This document shows, in pieces, positions 19,406-28,235 of a DNA stretch of 64,000 nucleotides. The position numbers were made by a program, and so were the translations under genes. Numbering within the stretch: position 1 is the first letter of the stretch; the number at the start of each line of letters is the position of its first letter. The notes beneath the pieces are model-generated. The model saw only the letters and a program-made list of their open reading frames with translations. It had not been told where the DNA came from and searched no databases. The DNA is taken from positions 1,504,001-1,568,000 of the forward strand of contig CAXXKJ010000002.1 in NCBI GenBank assembly GCA_963675295.2, given 5' to 3'. The DNA comes from a bacterium. Its GTDB lineage: Bacteria > Electryoneota > Electryoneia > Electryoneales > Electryoneaceae.

Positions 19406-20613
19406 CGGTACACCTCCGTGACGTCTTCGATGGCCGAACAGACGGCGTCGATTTCCGCTTCGGTCTGAGCCGGGAAGATGGGCAGCGAAACTTGACGTTG
19501 CCAGTCGCGTTCGGCGGTGGGGAACAGGCCGTTGCCGTAGCCGTACGTTTCGCGATAGTACGGCATCAGGTGCAGCGGCAGCCAGTGCATCGAGCAGAAG
19601 ACTTCGCGTTCACGCAGGGCTTCGATGAACTGCGCACGGTCGATGGACAAAGCGTCCAGGTTGAGCCGGATCGAGTACAGGTGCCACGAGTGTTTCCGGG
19701 TGGCCGGGTCACGTGGCGGAAGCTGGATCGCGTCCAGCTGGCCGAGCCGTTGGTCGTACGCGGTGGCGACACGGGCGCGCTTCGCGAGGTAGTCGTCCGC
19801 GCGGAGGAGTTCGTCCAGCCCGAGCGACGCCGCAATGTCGGTCATGTTGTACTTGTAGCCGGGCGCGACGATCTCGTAGTACCACGAACCGGCGGAAGTG
19901 TAGCGTTTCCAGGCGTCCCGGTTCATCCCGTGCAACGACATGACCCGCATGCGGTCCATCTTCTTGCCATCCCTGGCGATCACCATCCCGCCTTCGCCAG
20001 TGGTGATGCACTTGTTGGCGTAGAAGGAGAAGCAGCCCATCTGGCCAAAGGTGCCGCAGTGCCGCCACGGGACATTTTCCTCGTGCCGGTAATAGGCTGG
20101 GAAGGTGTGGGCGGCGTCCTCGATGAACGGGATCTCATGCTGCAGCGCGACGGTCTGGATGGCGTTAATGTCGCAGGCAAATCCGCCGTAGTGCATGATG
20201 ACGATCAACCGGATGGGACCGTACGGCGGTTCCAGCCCGGCGACCGGCTGATTGGCACGGATCGCCCGGATGGTTTCGTCCAGCTTGACCGGGTCCATGT
20301 TAAAACTTTCGTCCATGTCAACGAAGACCGGGACGGCGTCGAAGTAGCGTACGACCTCGGCGGTGGCGGCAAAGGTCATGGTCGGGACGATGACCAGGTC
20401 ACCGCGTTGCACCCCCATCGCCTCGAGCGCGAGATGCAGCGCGGCGGTGCAGGAGGTGAGGGCCAGGGCGTGCGTCGAGTTGACCCGCGCGGCGAATTGT
20501 TCCTCGAAGGTCTTTGTCTTGAAGCCGGTGGTCAGCCATCCAGATCGGAGCGATTCGGCGACCGCGTCCACGGCGGTTTCGGGCAGCTCAACTCGGAAGA
20601 ATGGGACTTTCAT
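19399..20613 (-). CDS. DegT/DnrJ/EryC1/StrS PLP-dependent sugar aminotransferase
   Basis: SGWLTTG, SCTAALHLAL, IEDAAH, FSFYANKCITTGEGG, GYKYNMTD. Confidence 0.93.
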   Translation of the reverse strand: MKVPFFRVELPETAVDAVAESLRSGWLTTGFKTKTFEEQFAARVNSTHALALTSCTAALHLALEAMGVQRGDLVIVPTMTFAATAEVVRYFDAVPVFVDMDESFNMDPVKLDETIRAIRANQPVAGLEPPYGPIRLIVIMHYGGFACDINAIQTVALQHEIPFIEDAAHTFPAYYRHEENVPWRHCGTFGQMGCFSFYANKCITTGEGGMVIARDGKKMDRMRVMSLHGMNRDAWKRYTSAGSWYYEIVAPGYKYNMTDIAASLGLDELLRADDYLAKRARVATAYDQRLGQLDAIQLPPRDPATRKHSWHLYSIRLNLDALSIDRAQFIEALREREVFCSMHWLPLHLMPYYRETYGYGNGLFPTAERDWQRQVSLPIFPAQTEAEIDAVCSAIEDVTEVYRS

Positions 20614-20784
20614 CTGGGTGTCTCTAGTCTCTGGTCTTTCGTCTCTCGATAAACCGGGCTCTGGATGCTGGGCTCTGGGCTCAACTGACTCAGTCCGGTG
20701 AATAAAGGGCGTAGCGGCTATCGCATTATCCAGATTAATCCGACTTCGTTACCACGGACTTAAGTCCGTGGTAAGTATCTTTTT

Positions 20785-20861
20785 GCAGCCCGCAGCCCGC
20801 AGCCCGCAGCCCGCAGCCCGCAGCCCGCAGCCCGCAGCCCGCAGCCCGCAGCCCGCAGCCC
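20785..20861. repeat. Heptamer tandem repeat (GCAGCCC)x11
   Basis: Perfect units counted directly. Confidence 0.95.
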
Positions 20862-20873
20862 GCGAGTGCCGCG

Positions 20874-20902
20874 TCCGCGTCAGCAAGCTGACACGGGCAC
20901 AT
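20874..20902. repeat. REP-like hairpin, copy 1
   Basis: TCCGCGT-CAGC-AA-GCTG-ACACGGGCACAT; siblings at 30613 and 46516. Confidence 0.8.
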
Positions 20903-20908
20903 CTTCCT

Positions 20909-20978
20909 TCCTGAGTCCTGAGTCCTGAGTCCTGAGTCCTGAGTCCTGAGTCCTGAGTCCTGAGTCCTGAGTCCTGAG
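20909..20978. repeat. Heptamer tandem repeat (TCCTGAG)x10
   Basis: Perfect units, then degenerate units up to the stop codon at 21001. Confidence 0.95.
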
Positions 20979-21000
20979 TCCCGATTCCCGAACCCGTAAC

Positions 21001-21675
21001 CTACTCTCCCGCCAGCATCCAATGGTTCAGGCGGTCGCGGGCGATACTCGCCCAGTCCGGGCCGAAGGTCATCGGCCACACCTTGCCGACGGTAATCGCG
21101 AGCACGGTATCGATCAGGATGCGCATATCCATTAAAACAGTCTGGTTGCGAACATACCACAGCGCCATCTCAATCTTGATCGGGAGGATGACGTCGAGGT
21201 AGGCGGCTTCGCGTTCGCTGATGCCCTCAAGGACACTCTCCTCATCACGGAACTGCAGGGTCGCGAGGTCGGTGATGCCGGGCCGTGCGTCAAAGACCTC
21301 GTCCCACTCGAGTTTGTACTTGGCGACGTAGCGTGGCACCTCCGGCCGTGGCCCGACAAGGCTCATGTCGCCGATCAGGACGTTCCACAGTTCGGGGAGC
21401 TCATCCAGTTTGCTGCGACGCAGGAACGCTCCGACCGGTGTGATCCGCGGGTCGTGCTTCGCGGTGACATGCGGGCCGTGCTTGTCGGCGTCAACGACCA
21501 TCGTGCGGAACTTGATCATCTGGAACGGGCGCTTGTGCCGTCCGACACGGGACTGCCGGTAGAACAGCGGGCCGGGATCACGGATCGCCATCGCGGCCGC
21601 GATGAGTATGAACAACGGCAGCGCGGCGAGCAGCCCAAACACGGACAGTGCGATGTCCAGCAGCCGTTTCAGCAT
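21001..21675 (-). CDS. Bacterial sugar transferase (polyprenyl-phosphate phosphoglycosyltransferase)
   Basis: MLKRLLDI, KFRTM, DPRITPVGAFLRRSKLDELP, GDMSLVGPRPE; ATG overlaps the upstream stop (TGATG). Confidence 0.93.
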   Translation of the reverse strand: MLKRLLDIALSVFGLLAALPLFILIAAAMAIRDPGPLFYRQSRVGRHKRPFQMIKFRTMVVDADKHGPHVTAKHDPRITPVGAFLRRSKLDELPELWNVLIGDMSLVGPRPEVPRYVAKYKLEWDEVFDARPGITDLATLQFRDEESVLEGISEREAAYLDVILPIKIEMALWYVRNQTVLMDMRILIDTVLAITVGKVWPMTFGPDWASIARDRLNHWMLAGE

Positions 21676-22709
21676 CAGGGTTGCCCTTCCGCTTCCGGTT
21701 CGGGCACACGGGCCTTGCAGAGGCCGTGCAGCGTACCGAAACCGTACGCAAGGTGAAACGCCAGCCAGACGGGTGGCAGCAGCAACGTAGCCAGCCGTCC
21801 GGTCTTCTTGTACTCGTTCCAGGCGAAATATGCCCCGGCGAGCAGATGCGCGGGCAGGGCGAGGCCGAGAATCCGGCCCTTGACGATGGCCAGTTTCCAG
21901 CGCAGCAACTTGCCCAGTTTCAGCACTGGCAGCCACGACAGCACACTCAACGCGAAAAGAGTCGGTATGTGATGCCGCAACCGCATCGACCGCCAGTTGA
22001 CCTTGAGGCTGATTGCGTTCCACCAGCCGGACTTGTGCGCGTAACGGAGCAAACCCCAGATCGTCGGCTTGGAAAAGTAACGTGCGGTGGTGCGGTGGGT
22101 GAGATACAGCTTGTGTCCCGCCGCGATCAACCGCTGGTTCATGTCGTTGTCCTGGTTGCGCACCAGGGTTTCGTTGTAGCCGCCGATTTCGAGCAGCGCC
22201 TGCTTGCGGAAGATGGGGTACGGGATGGTGTCGGCGAACCCTTCGGGCTGGGTGCGAACCGACGCTCCGGACGCGCCGAACGGATGGCTGATCGCCCACG
22301 CGACCAGTTGCGCCTGCAGGCTGTCGTTGGCGGGGACAGTTTCCAGCCGTCCGCTGACTCCCACAGCGCCGGTGGCTTCCATCTCTTCCAGGCAGACCTG
22401 GATGTAGTCGGGGTCGTAGTAGCCATGCGCGCCGAAGAAGCAGATGAACTCGCCCGCTGCTTCAAACAGGCCGATGTTGGCTGCGTGCGGGGTGAAACGC
22501 TGCGGATTGTCGACGAGACGGACGCGTTTGTCGTTGGCGAAACGGGTGGTGATGATCTCGCGGGTGTCGTCGTCGGACATGCCGTCAATGATCAGGATCT
22601 CGAGGCGGTAGCCAGTGAGATCCTGTTGCAGCAGCGAACGCACGACATCCTCGATGGTCGCGCCTTCGTTGTAGGTGGGCATCAGAATGGAAACGGTCGG
22701 TTGCGGCAT
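21675..22709 (-). CDS. GT2 glycosyltransferase (ExoA-like)
   Basis: VSILMPTYNE, IDGMSDDDT, IGGYNETLVRNQDNDMNQRL, C-terminal TM helices. Confidence 0.9.
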   Translation of the reverse strand: MPQPTVSILMPTYNEGATIEDVVRSLLQQDLTGYRLEILIIDGMSDDDTREIITTRFANDKRVRLVDNPQRFTPHAANIGLFEAAGEFICFFGAHGYYDPDYIQVCLEEMEATGAVGVSGRLETVPANDSLQAQLVAWAISHPFGASGASVRTQPEGFADTIPYPIFRKQALLEIGGYNETLVRNQDNDMNQRLIAAGHKLYLTHRTTARYFSKPTIWGLLRYAHKSGWWNAISLKVNWRSMRLRHHIPTLFALSVLSWLPVLKLGKLLRWKLAIVKGRILGLALPAHLLAGAYFAWNEYKKTGRLATLLLPPVWLAFHLAYGFGTLHGLCKARVPEPEAEGQP

Positions 22710-23340
22710 GCGGTTACAATCCTTTGCGACGTTGATCAGTCTGGCGGAATGTAAGCAAGGTGAAGCGTCCGGATAACCCCCGCTCAACATCCGGTCTCAC
22801 GGGTTGAGATGGGGAACAGACGGTGAGTAGACGCGCTGTGCAACAACAACGAAATAAGTGGGGGTGACAGGGGCCGGCATGGGCTGAGTCCCGGTTTCGG
22901 AGGATGGTTTTCAGTGAAAAATGAACGTGTTGGCTCTTTTGTGTTTTCTTGATTTACCTATGTGAATTGTTAAGAAACAGAGGTTTAGTGAATGTGATGG
23001 TGCGCACCGGATGATTTTTCGAGAGCCCATATGCGGAACTCCGCGAAAAGTCGCGTCTCCGCTTGCATTGCTGCGTCACACCTGATTCACGGGCTACCTT
23101 GTCCGGCTGGGGATAGGATCCAAATGCACCGATCAGAACCTCTCTCGCTGTGATCGGGATCAAGTGCTTAGGTTGACAAGGGTTAGCATTGACGCCGCGC
23201 ACTCCAGATGTGAAACTGCCTGTTCAAATTACAGGCAAACATCAGAGCGGCGAGTTTGCGCTCAGTTTGACTTTGGCGCTGGAATGGGTTGAGACAACGG
23301 ACATTCCGTGAATCTGTCCGGCGAGAGAACGGAGGACCAC

Positions 23341-24597
23341 ATGAGAGTTGCAGCGGTGTTCATCGGGTTGGCGCTCCTGCTGATGGTGGCGGCACCACCA
23401 TCGTGGGCGGTGACGGCGACAGCCGGTTTCATTCACGAGAATGCGCAGATGTTCGTCATCGGCGAGCTGGTGGATGTGGAGGACCTGGAGAGCGACAATT
23501 TCAATGCCAGCGACGTGGAGAAGTTCTTTTACTTCTCGGTTACACCAGATGTCGATTCTGATCTGGACAAGAACATCCGGATGCACATTGAGTTCAGCCG
23601 GCTCGGGGAAGTGATTTACGAATCGTGGACCCGGGAGCCGTTCACCCTGGAAACGTGGGTGAACAGTCCGATCGGTGATAATGGACGGTACACCAACGAT
23701 CAGATCAACGATCTGAAGGCCACTCCGTGGTTCAACGAGGATCTTGACCGGTCGACGCAGTTCTCGGCGGAAACGTTGACCGGTGTCCTCGACGGTGGCA
23801 ACCTCGCTGGTGACATCTACATCATCAAGATCGAAGTTTTCGAGGTGATCGGGAATCAGGAAATCCCGCTGGCGTATGCGCTTTCACCGATCCAGATCAC
23901 CAGCCCGTCCCGTCCCCAGGCGGTTACACCGATGAATGGGGATGAGGTACACTATCCGGTGTTCCTCTCGTGGACCGGTGTCGGTGGTCAGGTAATGCCG
24001 GGCGATGTCGAGCTGATCCTGGTTGAAGCGGACGAAGGCGATTTCGACGATCTGCAGACGATCATCGACAACCGCAGCATCGTCAACACCCGCTACGAGG
24101 GACCGGCACAGTTCGTCGAGTACCATGCCTACACGGGCGCGGCGGGGACGGAGCAGCCGTTGACCGATGGCCGGACCTATGTGTGGATGGTGTGTGTCGA
24201 CGTGCAGTCAGCCGGTGGCCAGACGTACACCTTCTGTAGTTCACCGGAGAGCTTTGTGTACACGGAGATGATCGACGTTGATCCGGACGATCTGCTCGGC
24301 GGCGGTGGCGGTGGTGAGCAGGAGATGGACGGTGTCGAAGCCGAGGATGGTATTGTCAACAATCCTCCGGAAGAACGCGACACCAACGTCCCGATTCCGG
24401 ATCTTGTCTTCTCGGTGTTGTTGCAGGGCGGACTGACCCAAGCCCAGATCGACGAATTGATCAGCGCGTTTGAGGGATACTACGTGCAGGACATGACGTT
24501 CGACGGGCAAAACGGGCAGACGTATTCCACCCTCGCGAAGAAGTTGAACACGCCGGGGCTGGAAGTGATCACAATCATCTACGATGAGGAGGAGTGA
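23341..24597 (+). CDS. Secreted acidic protein with Ig/Fn3-like domain and Gly linker
   Basis: GGAGG RBS and ATG 23341; signal peptide; 'PQAVTPMNGDEV..PVFLSW...LTDGRTYVWMV' Fn3-like pattern. Confidence 0.7.
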   Translation: MRVAAVFIGLALLLMVAAPPSWAVTATAGFIHENAQMFVIGELVDVEDLESDNFNASDVEKFFYFSVTPDVDSDLDKNIRMHIEFSRLGEVIYESWTREPFTLETWVNSPIGDNGRYTNDQINDLKATPWFNEDLDRSTQFSAETLTGVLDGGNLAGDIYIIKIEVFEVIGNQEIPLAYALSPIQITSPSRPQAVTPMNGDEVHYPVFLSWTGVGGQVMPGDVELILVEADEGDFDDLQTIIDNRSIVNTRYEGPAQFVEYHAYTGAAGTEQPLTDGRTYVWMVCVDVQSAGGQTYTFCSSPESFVYTEMIDVDPDDLLGGGGGGEQEMDGVEAEDGIVNNPPEERDTNVPIPDLVFSVLLQGGLTQAQIDELISAFEGYYVQDMTFDGQNGQTYSTLAKKLNTPGLEVITIIYDEEE

Positions 24598-24601
24598 TCA
24601 C

Positions 24602-25306
24602 ATGAACGCGAAGATGATGCACACACGGACTCTGCGGATTCTGTCCCTGACCGTGTTCCTGTTGATGCTGGTTGGTATCTCCGCGCAGGCTGCGCGTCCG
24701 ATTGCAGTAGTAACGAGTTTTCGTGGGGCAGTGGAATATTACCACGACAACAAGTGGCAAGATGTCTACGAGCGACTTGCGCTGTATGATGGCGACAAGA
24801 TGCGGACCAGCGAAGACGGCTATTGCGCGCTCGTATTCGTGGATGACGTCTCGCAAATCCGGCTGAACCCGAGCACTGAAGCCACGTTCGGCCACACGGT
24901 GAACGCGGACAGCAGCTGGAACAAACGTGTCGACATGGAACTCGGACGAGTATTCGCCCAGGTGACCGAACAGAAAGGTGCGTTGCAGGTTGCAACACCG
25001 ACTGCGGTCGCGTCCGTCAAGGGCACCGAGTTCTGGGTGATGATGAACGACGATGGCACGGTTACTCAGCTCACGCTGGAAGGCATTGTTGAACTGATGA
25101 GCGTGTTGACCGGCGAGACGAAGGATGTTCGCGCCGGGTACCAGGGTGATGTTGACGGCAACGGCAACATAGACGTCGCCGTGCTGAATGAGGATATCGT
25201 GCCGGATTATCTCGACACGATGGACGTCGATAAGATCGAGATCAAGTTCATCGACGAAGACGGCAACGAAAAGACGTTGATCATTCCGATCAAGATTGAG
25301 AAATAG
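24602..25306 (+). CDS. Exported FecR-domain protein
   Basis: Signal peptide; LYDGDKMRT...ALVFVD.SQIRLNPST...GRVF...VATPTAVASVKGTEF...LEGIVEL. Confidence 0.88.
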   Translation: MNAKMMHTRTLRILSLTVFLLMLVGISAQAARPIAVVTSFRGAVEYYHDNKWQDVYERLALYDGDKMRTSEDGYCALVFVDDVSQIRLNPSTEATFGHTVNADSSWNKRVDMELGRVFAQVTEQKGALQVATPTAVASVKGTEFWVMMNDDGTVTQLTLEGIVELMSVLTGETKDVRAGYQGDVDGNGNIDVAVLNEDIVPDYLDTMDVDKIEIKFIDEDGNEKTLIIPIKIEK

Positions 25307-25345
25307 CGCTGATCTGATCCGCGAGGATTCGGATTAAGCAACGGG

Positions 25346-25379
25346 CCACTCCATCCGCTGGGGGTAGCGGATGGAGTGG
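25346..25379. repeat. Perfect 14-bp intergenic inverted repeat
   Basis: CCACTCCATCCGCT-gggggt-AGCGGATGGAGTGG; no U-tract. Confidence 0.8.
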
Positions 25380-25462
25380 ACCCTGTCACGTTCCATGGTG
25401 ACGTTTCGGGGAGAGGCCGCGCAGGCGGAACCGGGGCGCGTCGCCACAGAAGGTGAAACATC

Positions 25463-28111
25463 ATGCGAATTGCGACTGACTGGAAACGGGCCACCGTTTC
25501 CACCCTCGTCCTGCTGCTGGCCATTGTGGGCATGGCATCCGCGCAGGGACCCACCATCATTGTGCACAATCCGGTTACGGTCGCCAATCCCGGCATCCCA
25601 TTGGAAATCGACGCACGTATCGAAGGCATGCAGAACATCGGCAATGTCGTCGACGCGAATGTCCGTTTCCGCATGGTCGGCTCGAGCTCATGGGATTTCG
25701 TTCAGATGGAATTCTCGCTGGATGAGCTGGTCGCGACCATTCCCGCTGAAGCGGTGACCACGGAAGGCCTTGAGTACTTCATCGAAGCGGAGATGGACGA
25801 TGGTTCGACCATCACCTACCCGGCGACGGGTGCCGAATCGGCGCCGGTTTCGGTGACGGTGCGCTCCGGTGACGAAGAGGCGGCGATTGATTCCGGCGTG
25901 TTGATTCTGAGCCCGCTGCCGGAAGAAACCATTCGCGACACGGATTTGTTCATCGCGGTGTCGTTCAATCCAAGTGTGTTCGCCGTGAATCCGGAGGATG
26001 TGGTTCTCCGCCTGAACGGGAAGGACATCACCAAGAAGGCGGTCACCACCGAATATTTGTTGATGGCGACTCTGGAAAGGGTGCCGAACGGGCGTCACCG
26101 TGTTGACCTGTTGCTCAAGACCGGCAAGCAGGAACGGTTGCTGCGTTCGTGGCTGTTCAACTACGAATCGCTGCTGGGTGAGGTCAGCTACGACGAAACG
26201 TTATTCAGTGGTTCATTGGGTCTGGACGGCAATTCGCAGCAGACCAACGGCGTCGATCAGAACCGGATGCGGGAGCTGGTGAATGTCCGGATGCAGCGTG
26301 GCGACTTCAAGGCGCAGTTGTACACGCGCACGACTAGCGAAGAACAGGGGAATCTGCAGCCGCAGCACCGGTTCCGTGTCACCGCGGGCTGGCCGTTCTT
26401 CCAGGTCGGGCTCGGCGACCTGACGCCGAAGTACAGCGAACTGGCGTTATACGGCAACCGTGTTCGCGGTGCGGAGCTCAAGTTCACCTCGGGCAGTTTC
26501 GAGGTGAAGGGAATTTACGGCGAGATGCGTCGCGGCGTGAACGGCTACGGCTACACCGTCAACGACCAGATCACCGCTGCGATTGTTGACTCACTGGGCA
26601 ATGTGATCGGCACCGAAACCTACAACGCGTATAACTACGATCCGGGTACGTATAAGCGGAACCTGGCGGCGTTGCGCTTCGGTTTTGGCCAGGAGAACGG
26701 TCCGAGCCACCTCGGATTTACGTTCATGAAGGTGCGGGACGACACGTCCTCGATTGATATCGACCGTCCGCAGGATTTGCAGGAACGGATCGAGCTGGGC
26801 CGTCCGGTGGAAGTCGCATACACGGCCACACCAAAAGATAACCTCGTCGTCGGGACTGATTTCGGGCTGAAACTTGACCGCAACCGGGTTCAGTTCAAGG
26901 GTGAGGCGGCGCTGTCGTTGTACAACAGCAACATCAGCGAACGTCCGTTGGAAGATGCGGACAACCTGAAGGACGTTATCTGGGTCAACCAGTATTTCGA
27001 ACCGTTACCGGCGGAAGGGCTGACCAACGATGACGGCGAGGCGGAAGTGAACACGGGAGAGCTGGTGTCTTCCGTGATCTCGAACTCGCTGTCGTGGCAG
27101 GGGAAACTGCGCTTGCGGTATTACGGACATGACCTGCGCACCGGCTACGTCTTCCTCAACCGCAGCTTCACCTCGCTGGGGAATCCGAACCTGGTCAACG
27201 ATGACGCCGGCTTCTACGTATACGACCGGATTCGCCTGTTCGAAAACCGGTTGTACCTGAACGCCGGGTACCGCAATTTCCACAACAACGTGCAGAACAA
27301 CAGCGAAACCACGTTGACCCGCCAGGAGATTTCGTTCGGCTTCACCTACATCACCGACCCGATGTATCCGGACATCAACTTCATGTTCCGGAACCAGACG
27401 AACGAGAACGACGGGACCGTCACCGAAGTGATCACGGATACCACGGCGTACAACAATGATCCGACGATGGGTGTTGTCTCCTTCGACAGCCGCACTGCGA
27501 GTACCATGAACAGCTTCTCGGTGGGTCTGACCCATCGTGTGCGGCTCGCCGACACGCAGAGCGACCTGTCGTTGAGCTACCTGATGGCCGACCGCAGGGA
27601 CGACTACCAGGACATCGGCAACTCGGACATGCAGTTCATCGGCTTCACGGCCAGCACGGATTACCGTGAATACCTGCCGGTGACGACGCGGATCGTGTTC
27701 TCGAATTCATCTCAGTCGTCGATGGACGGCCTGACTGAGCTGAACTACGTGACGATTAACCTGCGCGGCAGCTACTACCTGTTTGACCGGACACTGGTGC
27801 CATATTTCAATCCTAACGTGACGCTGGGTTCCGGCGACTACTCGTTGACGTATGACGACATCCTGCCAGCCGGAGCCGATCCGGCGGCGACGCTACGTCT
27901 GCAGAAGATCGACTACACGCGTATCGACTGGGTGGTCGGCATGGAATGGCGGTTCATGCGTCAGCACACGTTGGCGGCGCGGATCAGCGTGTCCACGTAT
28001 TCGGACAACGGAGAGTACCAGTACTTCGACGGCAGCACTGCCGACACGCTTGAGGACGAAATCGATCGCGACGATTATTCGGTGCTGTTCAGCTATATCT
28101 ACCGCTTCTAA
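25463..28111 (+). CDS. Outer-membrane beta-barrel protein with N-terminal Ig-like domains
   Basis: Signal peptide; 'ATIPAEAVTTEGLEYFIEA' Ig-like domain; amphipathic beta-strands; C-terminal beta-signal FSYIYRF. Confidence 0.8.
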   Translation: MRIATDWKRATVSTLVLLLAIVGMASAQGPTIIVHNPVTVANPGIPLEIDARIEGMQNIGNVVDANVRFRMVGSSSWDFVQMEFSLDELVATIPAEAVTTEGLEYFIEAEMDDGSTITYPATGAESAPVSVTVRSGDEEAAIDSGVLILSPLPEETIRDTDLFIAVSFNPSVFAVNPEDVVLRLNGKDITKKAVTTEYLLMATLERVPNGRHRVDLLLKTGKQERLLRSWLFNYESLLGEVSYDETLFSGSLGLDGNSQQTNGVDQNRMRELVNVRMQRGDFKAQLYTRTTSEEQGNLQPQHRFRVTAGWPFFQVGLGDLTPKYSELALYGNRVRGAELKFTSGSFEVKGIYGEMRRGVNGYGYTVNDQITAAIVDSLGNVIGTETYNAYNYDPGTYKRNLAALRFGFGQENGPSHLGFTFMKVRDDTSSIDIDRPQDLQERIELGRPVEVAYTATPKDNLVVGTDFGLKLDRNRVQFKGEAALSLYNSNISERPLEDADNLKDVIWVNQYFEPLPAEGLTNDDGEAEVNTGELVSSVISNSLSWQGKLRLRYYGHDLRTGYVFLNRSFTSLGNPNLVNDDAGFYVYDRIRLFENRLYLNAGYRNFHNNVQNNSETTLTRQEISFGFTYITDPMYPDINFMFRNQTNENDGTVTEVITDTTAYNNDPTMGVVSFDSRTASTMNSFSVGLTHRVRLADTQSDLSLSYLMADRRDDYQDIGNSDMQFIGFTASTDYREYLPVTTRIVFSNSSQSSMDGLTELNYVTINLRGSYYLFDRTLVPYFNPNVTLGSGDYSLTYDDILPAGADPAATLRLQKIDYTRIDWVVGMEWRFMRQHTLAARISVSTYSDNGEYQYFDGSTADTLEDEIDRDDYSVLFSYIYRF

Positions 28112-28133
28112 GCAGTGGTTTCAGCGAGGTTTC

Positions 28134-28164
28134 AAGCCCCGGCAAACGCCGGGGTTTGTTTTTT
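28134..28164 (+). terminator. Rho-independent terminator
   Basis: CCCCGGC-aaac-GCCGGGG followed by TTTGTTTTTT. Confidence 0.75.
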
Positions 28165-28235
28165 CCCTTGATCCGCACTTGACTGGAAACGTGGAATTGC
28201 GCTAATTCACGGCAGGTCAACGCATAGGGAGTGTT

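Noticed and set aside
22790-23340. Riboswitch or ncRNA in the long divergent intergenic region
   Set aside because: No recognisable conserved RNA motif by eye; it is compatible with divergent promoters. An Rfam scan would be needed.
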